From the human T2T-CHM13v2.0 reference genome, Homo sapiens, in NCBI RefSeq assembly GCF_009914755.1, contig NC_060928.1: a stretch of 64,000 bases of DNA. The stretch is one strand, 5' to 3'. A program made the position numbers and the translations under genes. A model generated the notes under the pieces. The model did not search any database. It was not told where the DNA came from and saw only the letters and a list, made by a program, of their open reading frames with translations. Positions 54,106 to 64,000 of this stretch are shown here, piece after piece (position 1 is the first letter of the stretch; each line of letters starts with the position of its first letter).

Positions 54106-56282
54106 ATTATTAATATTTCCAGTTTTAATGAGGAAACTGAGGCTCAGAGGAATACTTAACATTATAAATGTAAAGACCTGTGGATGCAAGAAATTAAGAA
54201 TAAAATTCAGATTTATCCTACCCTCAAACTAACTTCAGTCTGTTTTATTCCCTGAATTAGTATAGGATTACTTAAAATATCCTTATACCAAACAAATAGA
54301 AGTAACTTACTTCAAATGCAGTTGAATGGGGAAAGAAGATTGGAATAGAAAATTTTCTTCTAACTCTGTCAATATTACATTTAGGAGACCTCTTATCAGA
54401 CTGAAATTTCAATCTCCAATAAGACCACAAGAAAAAGAAAATGTCTGTGTACATAAGATATGGCATGAACCCAATAACTTAACACTGTTTGTTAAAACTG
54501 TCTATCAGTTAATCCTATTATATAGCTATTTAGTGCCCTAGAAGCGGACATGATTACTAAAAGAGAATGTGTGTAGTTTTTCTTTAAATTTTTTTTCTCC
54601 CATCTCATTTTCTTGGCTTCAGAATTCAGTAAGCTGCAAATCTCCACTTTATTTCTGATACAAAATGTAGCAAGGTTAGCAGAAACTCTTGATATAAGGG
54701 CTTATCTTTCCCCCTTACACTCACCAGGCAGAATTTCATCTCTTTTGCTGTGGCTGCAAAATAAAATGCATGTTCCAAATGAAACAGTCAAGCATTTCAC
54801 ATTTGAGCTAAGCTTCTTTTGCCATAGTCAAAAGCACTTTGCACGTCGATCAATGAAATCATCAGAAATGGGCAATCATTTTCCACCTGACATGTTTTCC
54901 TTTGTACAAGCCCCACTACAAATGAATATATTTATCTTTTCTAAATGTTCCTGTAATTTCTCTAAGGCCAATGTTGATGATTTGATGGAAAACACAGGAA
55001 ATTGTCTTTTATACTGTGCATTGTAATTGCACCATTTACATACTTTATGCAAAGCTAATCATTGTGCATTATATACCAAATGCTTTTTTAATTGCTTCTT
55101 TTAGAAACTGAAAATTTTTTATTCTTTTCTCTTCTAAATTCACTTTTTAGTTTTAACATAGAATATGAAAAATAGCATTTCCATTATTTTTTAATTGCAT
55201 GTAACATTGAATGTTTTAAATGTATACATCTTAGTAACACTTATAATTTCTCCATTTCAGACTGTGTTATTTTTCATTTTTCCTTATGATCACCAACAAG
55301 ACATACATTTTTCAAACAAAACTGATAAATTCTCAGTTTATTAAACCAAGCTAACATAAAGTATTTTAAATATTCAACTTCTTGAAAAGCAATTGTAAAA
55401 TACATGTGTGCAGTAATATCTGGTTAAGTAATATTCTGGTAGTAGAGTTCATCGTCTTTTTCTTGTCCTTGAAGAATAAGACTTTGCTATTTGTAGTATG
55501 TTTAAAAATATATAAAGGGCTTTGACATTGATTTTCTTAATTCCAACAACAACTATATAAGCTGTATAGAGAGGATTTTGTTACATTATCATTTGAGAAC
55601 ATGATGACTAGAGAGGTTAAGTTGCACTGCACTATTCCCTAAGGGTGTGAAAAAAGCGCAATAAATGTCAAAGCTGGGATTTGAATCCATTATTCTAAAG
55701 TCTCCATTCAGTGTCCTTCCTACTACAGCAGTTTTTTTTATTCTCTCACTGAGTTCATGTGACAGTTTGAAGTGAAATCAGTTGCTTTATCTCAAGGATC
55801 CTGCTCTGGCTGCCAACCTTTCTGCAGAATATACAATGCTATGTTTCTAGGTTCACCTGGAGCAAACCTATCTTAGCCTTCCTTGAGCTGAATGTATGTT
55901 TTACTTTCCAGCCTCTCTCTCTGTAAGGCCTGAGGGAATACAGTGTGCATAACACAGTGCTGGCACCAAGTAGATATCCAATATCTGTTTGTTAAATGAA
56001 TGAGTGATGTCTGGGCATGCTTGTAATCTTGTGGAAAGAACACTCAAACCAGAATCAAAATGTTTGACACGACACTATCTGTGGTCACAGGTTTAAGTGA
56101 CCCTTTTGAGCTCTGTGTCACCGCAAAAACTGATATATTATTAAAAGGTGACATTTTATAAATAGGCTTATTGGTCTTGGCACTGTTTTTGAGTTAAAAT
56201 AAAAAACAGAAACAAGAACAACAGCAGTACCCTTTCCTTCTTAACTTTTCGATGAGCAATACAATCTTTTGCCGTAGTTTAA

Positions 56283-56584
56283 GAAAAGTCTACATGAATA
56301 CCTTTAGCATAAAAATATAAGAGAGGTTATTCTCCTCTGAGGACACTGAGGTATGTCATTGCTTTTGTGTTTTGAATGACTTCAGTATAAAGATTGAGCA
56401 CAATAGCATATAAACGGCTTGCCAGGATTTCAAGTCTAACTTTGTAATGAATCTGATGCTTCGTTATATGGTGGATAGATGTAGAGATAATAGGGACAGC
56501 TTTCTTATTCCTAGGAACAATGGTTTTCTTAGCATGACTCTTTATCCCTGTAAGCCATTCAGGATTATATTTCCTAGTCCTGTT
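56283..56584 (+). repeat. 302-bp local duplication, copy 2
   Basis: Ungapped match to 53156-53457 (offset 3127). Confidence 0.95.
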
Positions 56585-56999
56585 TCCCTTCTGGCTGAAA
56601 GTGACATATATGAAATACCAAATTTTCATTTATGTTTGCATTATCCCTTCACTAAATCTTCAGAAACTTTTTTTTCATAATAGTTTAAGTCCACATTAAC
56701 ACCTGTAGCATAAAAAGCCTTTTTCAGAAAAAAAAAACAACACAAAAAACGTAGATTTAGACATGATTTTCCTCTTTAAGGAATAAAGTATTTGTAATCA
56801 ACAAATTAACTCAATGGCTAGAGTTTAATGACAGCTAAGAATAAAATGACAAGGAACCTCAAATAATATTTAGAACTCATATATGTCTATTATGAGGCAC
56901 ACATTTAGACCAATTCTGCTTATTTGAAAATGTATTTTAAATGATTACATACAATTATGAAATGATAGCTAGGTGTATAGTATGAAAATTAGTAATTCT

Positions 57000-57148
57000 T
57001 ATTTATATTTATTATTATTATTTTTAAAAATTAGAGACATGATCTCCCTATGTTGCCCAGGTTGGCCTCAAACTCCTGGGCTCAAGCAATCCTCCCACCT
57101 AGGCCTCCCAAAGTGCTAGGATTACAGGTGTGAGCCACCACGGTTGGC
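57000..57148 (-). mobile_element. FLAM / Alu left monomer
   Basis: Single arm 'ctatgttgcccaggttggcctcaaactcctgggctcaagcaatcc...gtgagccacc' with AT-rich tail. Confidence 0.85.
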
Positions 57149-57404
57149 TGGTGATTTTTTAATATAATGATTCTGTTAATATATGAAACTCTCTGAGATT
57201 CCAGTTTTCTCATCTATAACATAAAATTTTAAGCTAGATGATTTGTTTAGTTCTTTCAGACTCCAAACTACAATGATTTATCTCTCTTCCAAAAAATGCA
57301 AAGTTATTTTACAACAATAATATTTTATAAAGTTATTTTCTTCTCTGGTTTCTTACATAATTCCATGAGAATGTCTTATGGACTCTTGAAAACTTCATGA
57401 AGGC

Positions 57405-57745
57405 TGTCATTCATGTAATAATCAAGTACTAATAGTGCATTAATTATGTAGAAGACACCATACGCTACAAAATACCCAAGGAAAAATAAATCGTTCATAC
57501 CTTTAAGGAGCATACATTCTAATCTGACAGACAATAAATACAGGAAAAGTTAAATATGTAATCATTATCTAAATGGTGTCATAAGGAAGTTAACAAATCT
57601 GATGTAATTGTAAGTGCAACAGGAGCTGAGTTCATAAGAAAATGAGCCATTTGGGGTTGAACTACGGACCCAATAGTTCTCATGAAAAAGGAGATTTGAT
57701 CTGTGTCTTGAAGAATGGGAAGAACTGAATAGGTAAAGAGAAGAG
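57405..57745 (-). mobile_element. L2 3' fragment
   Basis: 'tcattcatgtaataatcaagtactaatagtgc...ctttaaggagcatacattctaat...gtcttgaagaatgg'. Confidence 0.55.
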
Positions 57746-59477
57746 CCATGACAATCATAGATAGCTACTAGCTGTAGAGCTTTTACAGTGTGATGGGTGT
57801 TTTTACATGGGAATGTGACGAGATGTTATAACAAATATTTTTATTCCTATTTCAAATGAGGAAAGCAGAGGTATCAGAACTGAAGCTCATATTCTGGTCT
57901 CTGTTCTCCAGTCTTCCACTCTTACCTTTACTTTAAACAGAAGCCTGAATATGTATCATTTCTTAATTTTATTATTATGATTTTTTGGAAGAGATTGTAG
58001 GATTAATTAGTATCTTAATTGCAAACTTTCATTCCACATTATCTTTTTCATATAGATTCCTGTGGTATTACTATTCTTATTTAACAGAAGAAGAAGCTGA
58101 GGCAAAAGCAATTCTACATAGAAATCCAAATCATGAATGTGGAAAACTGTAAGACATTAGGCTGTGAATTTTGTCTTAAACAGTTTACAGGAAAAAAGAC
58201 ATCCAGAAAGGTTGATTGTACAGCTTCTCTTTCACATATAGTCAGCTTGTATCCTTTAGACCCTAAAGAGTTCATAAACCTTTATGCATCTCTAATATAC
58301 ATGCAAGCCCTAATGTACCTAACTAGGAACTCTAATTATCATTATTATTTAGAAATCAGTAAGTGGTTTTTAAGTGCTGGCCTTGTGCCAGGTGTCAAGC
58401 CCATTGTCCCCTCATAATTAAGAATAAGCAACAGTTGAATATTTTTTATAACTACTTACCCAAATGTGCTATAATTACTAGGAAATTTCAGTTCTAAATA
58501 TCAGCTCTGTTGTAGGTAGAAAAAAAATCTTTAAATAATAGACAATTCTCTCTTAACATCATGTAGGAAATTCTAAAGGTCAAATTGCTAGCTGAATGTC
58601 TGCCTTCCTCCTGGAAAACAAAGTGTGGGCTCTGGAGGATGTGTTAGTAGCCATTGTGTACATTTACAGAAAATGACAGGAAAGGAATTTTATGCAATCA
58701 ATAGTTGGACTCCTTGAAAACTCTAATCAGGGACTAATGAAAGTCCTAGGCCTTCTCTCAATCAAAATAAACAAGGGAAGTGTCATTTTGACATCAAGAA
58801 CTATCTTCTACAGCCTTGAAGTAGTTTTCTTAATAAGAACACAAAGCAGGAAATACAGAGGAGGTTGGGGAGCTGGGAAACAAAATTTCTGCAGTAGCAT
58901 GTGATCCATTTTAACCCTTATTTCCCTGATACTAAAAATTTCATAATGTACTTTTGTAATTTCACACTGAAGAATTAGTTCGTAGTATAAATTTCTTTCT
59001 AAAATAAACAATTTCTTTTTCTAATGAAAACATTTTGTTTAGGTCTACATATCAATGAAAGCTTTTTTCATGTATTTAATCAAATGATTCAAAAAGGGTC
59101 CATCATAAGGTGGACCAGCTAATGTGAAAGGCTCCTGTGTCCAAGGATCTTTTTAATACTCCATTTTTTTTTAGCAGCACAGAATTTAGTATATAGCACC
59201 TCCACTTTAATACTTAATAGTCAAAAATAAGTATGAAAATTAGTATGAAATTTGTACAGTGTTTCCTTTTGTGAAATTGTATCAGACTCACTGGGGGTAG
59301 TACTTACATACTTATCCTAGCTTGAAAAGATACCTGTTCATAAAGGAACCTTTTACACTGGGTATTCCATCTCCCTTTGCAAAATGTATTTGAGTGTGAA
59401 TAGGAACTTTCAAACAATCTAAATAGATTTTTCCTTCCATATGCCTCAGGAATGCTGCAGGAACTATTTGTCTATGG

Positions 59478-60888
59478 CAGTAGTTCTTAAACATGCTGGT
59501 CTCAGGACCCTTTGCACTTTTAAAAATTACTGAGGATCCTCAGATAATTTTGTTTATGTGGATTATATCTATCAATATTTAATTAAAACAGAAATAGTAA
59601 TTTAAAAATAACAATAACAAATCCTCTCCATGTGAACATAAATAATATACTTTTGTGGAAAATATATTTTCCAAAACAAACCAGAAAACTTGGCAAGAAT
59701 AGTGACATGGTTTTACATGTTTACAAATCCTTTTAAATGTCTGTATTAACAGAGGACAACTGGTTTCTTACATCTGCTTCTGCATTGGATCTATTGAGAT
59801 ACATTATTTGGGTTGAAATATATAAAGAAAATACAGGCTCACATAAATTTTTAGTTGGAAAAGGGAGGTAATATTTTAAGTCTTTTCAGATATTTCATGT
59901 ATTCTTCCTTGATACTTCATCAAAATTTGACAAGCAGTAGTTTCTTAAGGTTTAGTTGCACTATGAAATCTGTAAACATATCAATCAATATTTTGAACTC
60001 TATTAAATTAAAATCCATTGGTTTAACTTGTGCTTTGAATAGATATTTTATCAGGCATGATTTTGTAAAATCATTCATTGGTCATACAGAAAAGTCACTA
60101 ACTTACAGTACCACCTCATGTTGACACCTTTCATTATACAGTATCTTTAAAAATTATTAATATTATCATGGTTTCATTCAAAAAATCTTTAGGTATTAGA
60201 AGCTGTGGAGCTCATAGTAGTGATACAAGATTTCTAAAATTCTAATTTTTACTTGCTAGCTTGAATTTTATCACTAGCAACAAATACTGTCAGTTGTTTT
60301 CTTTGAGGTGACAGGTCATTTTATTTATTTTTGAGAAAATATTGGCCAGATACAGATATACAACTCTAAATAACCCCAATTTGTCTGCTTGTCATTCATT
60401 TAAGAGAAAATGGTGCTCCATGAAAAAAAATCTAGATTAGTTTGCAGTTGAAGAAATTACGTTAGTACTTTTACTTGTACAATAATTTCTGTGTGTGCAC
60501 CCAACAGAAGTGCTCTATGCATACTCCAATTTTATCACATAAAGGTTAAAATATCAAATGTTCTCAAGGACGAATATTGAATAAAATCAATCCTACTTGC
60601 TGTTTCATCAGACATCCTTGAGTGAAGCTGGCAATTTTTATAAATCTGATTGTGTGCTGAAGAAGACTGCAATAAGTATAGTACGAATTGGTGTCACTTC
60701 CCTGATTCATTGTAAGGCTCAGCAGTTTCACACACCATTGCTTTTTGCATCATCACTGCAAATGTCAACACAATGAAATAGAAAAATAATGCCATTATAT
60801 CATTATGAAAATAGATTTAAACTCACAGACCTCTTGAAAGTGTCTTAGGAGCTCCCAGGAGTACACAGATGGTACTTTGAGACTGCTG
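59478..60888. mobile_element. Charlie1a-like hAT DNA transposon (~1.4 kb)
   Basis: TIRs 'cagtagttcttaaa'...'tttgagactgctg'; 'ggtctcaggaccctttgcac'; degenerate 8-bp TSD gtctatgg/atctataa. Confidence 0.8.
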
Positions 60889-61699
60889 ATCTATAACGTG
60901 AAAATATTATAACCTCAAACCCTATCATTCAAAGTTCATTAGTGTATGAATTATATGTGTTAGAAGATTTCTATTTGTAAATATATATAGATACACAATA
61001 CATGAAAAATAGCTCATAAAATTTTATGGAGGTTGAAAATTTTATGAGACTAAATACAGCTAGGTTTTATTAAAGTTTAAAATATTTCTATTTATTATTT
61101 TATTAAGATATTTTAAATTTACAGTTAATACTCCCTGAATTTTTTTTCTTCAGGTTATGAAAAATACAAAGTAAAAAAGTGTTTTCTAAGACATCCCTGG
61201 TTGTTCACACCAGAGAGTTAAATAAAATATTATTATTCACCCCTAATGAAACATAAGTGCTTTAGATACTAACTTAATATCCAGAAGTTAGACCACTCCA
61301 TATTAATAATATTATATTTACTTTCCAGTTATAAATGAGAACTAGTTTTATAATTTCATTTTAATTAGTTCACTTAATGATATTTTGGGTCCCTGAACTG
61401 AGTGGTCAGTGTACAAAGATAAGGTACAACTTCTGCCCTTAAGGTGTTTATTGCAATACAGTGTTGGGTATACTCTAAGGTGGTAGATACTATAATAAAA
61501 CAAAAATGCAAGGAACTGTGGAATTACAGATGCAGAGGGAGTAGCAACTCCACACGGGAAAACAGAGAGAGCCACATAGAGAAGGAGAAACTTAATATTG
61601 ATTTTTGAAGACAAGTACTTAAAATAATAATTACCACTTCACTTATTATGTGATGGATGCTGTTCCAAGCAGTCTGCACTTATTCACTCAGTCCTTATA

Positions 61700-62027
61700 C
61701 AGGTTGAGTATCTGAAAAGCTTGGGGCCAGAAATGTTTCCAATTTCAGATTTTTTCAGATTTTGGAATATTTGCATACACATAATGAGATATCTTGGGAA
61801 TGGGACCCAAATGTAAACACAAAATTCATTTATGTTTCATATGTACTTTATACACATAGCTCAAATATGATTTTATAAAATACTTTTAATGATTTTGTAC
61901 ATGAACACAGTTTGTGTTAAGTGCTTTTGTGTGGAATTTTCCACTTGTGCCATCATGTCAGAGCTCAAAGGTTTGGATCTTAAAGCATGCCAAATTTTGG
62001 GTTTTTGGGTAAGGGATGCTCAACGTG
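61700..62027. mobile_element. Tigger4b/MER46B-like element inserted in a MIR
   Basis: TIRs 'caggttgagtatc'...'gatgctcaacgtg' with TA on both sides; MIR(-) halves flank it. Confidence 0.85.
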
Positions 62028-62899
62028 TAATAACCCAATATGATTAGTACAATTATTATCCCAGTTTTACAGGTGTTGAATCTGAGTCACAAGTGATTAA
62101 ATGGAAACCTATTCATGGTAAAACAGCTAGCAAGTATTGTATCCTTATTTGAACCCAAGCAGTCCAGCTTTAGAGTTTGTGCTTTTAATAATTGTATTGT
62201 TCTAGAGTCTAAAACTACATTGAGTCTAAAATTAACCTAAAAATTACTCAATAACTATTCTGGGATCTATATGTTGTACACTAACATCCTGTGTGTGCAC
62301 AGAAGGAAAAGACATGCTGGGTGAGAAATGACGTAGTCTGGTGAGAATTCACGATATTCTGCTCTGGTTCCACTATGACACAGAAAGCAAAGTCTTCTTC
62401 TTGGAAGAAAAGACAGATAAGGAGATGTGAATGTTGGACTTCAGTAGATATTTAAAGAGTTATAATAGTCACAGTAGTGTATGCAGAAAGGAAATAACTA
62501 CCCATAAATACAACTAAAATTTAAGATCTTATATATTTAGTGACCCAGGTCCACATTGTTACTGATTTTTTTCCACAGATCTCAGAAACTGAGAAAATAT
62601 GGATTGTCCCAGGGTTAATAATAAAATAGGAATCATAGATATTTTCAAAGAAGTGCCTAAAATCATGGACTCAGGTTTAGGCAGAATAGAAAAAGTCCTG
62701 ACAGAGAAAATGCTGAGCTCTGTTATTTTACTTTTGACTTCTCTAACTATGAAAAGGACGTTCAGTCTGGAAATGGCAGAGAAACATTGATCAAACAAAT
62801 ATTGAAGTCCAAGGTAAATGGAACTATTGTTATGAGTGCATAGAGTTTCCAAGTGAATGCATGTTGTCTGTTCCAGAAAAGAGATGAGAATAAGTTTCC

Positions 62900-63110
62900 T
62901 ATCTGAAGTCTGACTGCCTGGGTTCAAATGATCATTTTTGTGATAGTGAGTAAATTGTTTAAACTCTAAGCTTTCCTATACACAAAATGAGAATGATAGC
63001 TGTAACTTATGTCTGAGTGTTATAATAAGGATTAGCTGATTAAACCATGACACGTACAGATTAGTTCTTGGCATAGAGTAAGGACTTAATAAGTGTCCGC
63101 TCTTACCACT
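62900..63110 (+). mobile_element. MIR SINE
   Basis: 'gactgcctgggttcaaat...aaaatgagaatgatag...ttggcatagagtaaggacttaataagtg'. Confidence 0.7.
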
Positions 63111-63519
63111 AATATTGATGTTATTATCATCATAGACTAAAGGAATAAAGATGAAGAGTTGTCAGATGAAGAATTCACTATACGATAGCTTTTGTTTAAG
63201 ACAGTCAATCAGAGTCTGACTACTTCAAAAATAGCTTAAGTACATTACCCTGGAAAAAAGAAAAAATTGTAAAGTAGAATTTCTGGTATCTAGGATCTTA
63301 GAAGCAGAGGAGGAATGTATTTCTTTGTCATCTCTCTGAGTTAGTCCCAGTAAATTTGAATCTTAAGTATAAATTGTTGGTTGTATCCCTAAATAAAAAT
63401 ACAGCGCTTATATTTCTGTAATTCTTCAAAGTGTATGAAATTTTTTCCCTAGTATAAAAATAAAAAAGCGCAATGAGTAGGTACTAAGCCCGGTAAGACT
63501 GCCAAAGCAAACTAATGCA

Positions 63520-63630
63520 AGCTTTCTGGAATCTGTCCTACAATCGCCAAACATGTCTTATATCCTCACAAGTTTAACTGACTAATCCTTCCTTATCCTG
63601 GCCTTAACTAAAACCTGGCTCTTCTCAGAT
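63520..63630 (+). mobile_element. L2 endonuclease-region fragment
   Basis: Translates MSYILTSLTD*SFLILALTKTWLFSD, resembling the L2 APE motif 'YILNL...LLALTETWL'. Confidence 0.5.
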
Positions 63631-63872
63631 TTGTCGGAATCCGTTACTTGCGCCCCCCGAACAACTATGAATACATGTATCAATTTGCGGTCAAATAATG
63701 CTTATGATTAATTATCCGAGTCTCATAGTATCAATGAAATAGACAAGGATTCTTGATCTATTTGACTGAGTTTTTAAAAATGTTGTGGAAAATAGGTAAT
63801 GTCCATAATTACATGGTGGCTAAAACAGAAGAAAGTTGGTTGAAGGTGAGTAATACCAATAAAACAGCTACC

Positions 63873-64000
63873 CTAACACAGTGAAACCCCGTCTCTACTA
63901 AAAATACAAAAAATTAGCCGGGCGAGGCAGCGGGCGCCTGTAGTCCCAGCTACTCCGGAGGCTGAGGCAGGAGAATGGCGTGAACCCTGGGGGGCGGAGC
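63873..64000 (+). mobile_element. 5'-truncated AluY (Ye-like), running off the window
   Basis: Starts at 'ctaacacagtgaaaccccgtctc'; 'gggcgagg' and 'gaaccctggggggcggagc' are Ye-like diagnostics as I recall them. Confidence 0.9.

Noticed and set aside
53260-56680. Two pairs of similar ORFs that look like paralogous genes
   Set aside because: They result from the 302-bp DNA duplication; similarity stops at its edges and both strands are equally open

Overview
Primate (most likely human) AT-rich, CpG-depleted non-coding DNA. It is dense in interspersed repeats: about 10 Alu/FLAM copies, old L1M/HAL1, L2, L3/CR1 and MIR remnants, four ERV1 solo LTRs with intact 4-bp target-site duplications (TSDs), ERVL/MaLR LTR pieces, and hAT/Tc1-mariner DNA transposon fossils. 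I recognise no protein-coding gene, RNA gene or CRISPR array, and the supplied ORFs look like Alu-derived, simple-repeat or chance frames. I cannot support a new multi-component biological system. The best leads are: (1) a 302-bp, ~94%-identical local duplication sitting at a junction that truncates an Alu (53156/56283); (2) a 195-nt pure-purine GAA/GGA tract grown from an Alu tail; (3) a minus-strand AG|GT recursive-splice-like site plus several consensus minus-strand donors; (4) a four-layer nested transposon stack containing an internally inverted L1; (5) an LTR10-type LTR with one AP-1 unit; (6) several template-switch-like palindromes; (7) short unique stretches with unexplained CpG retention. 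Repeat subfamily names are from my memory of consensus sequences and need RepeatMasker/Dfam confirmation. Boundaries of old repeats are approximate.
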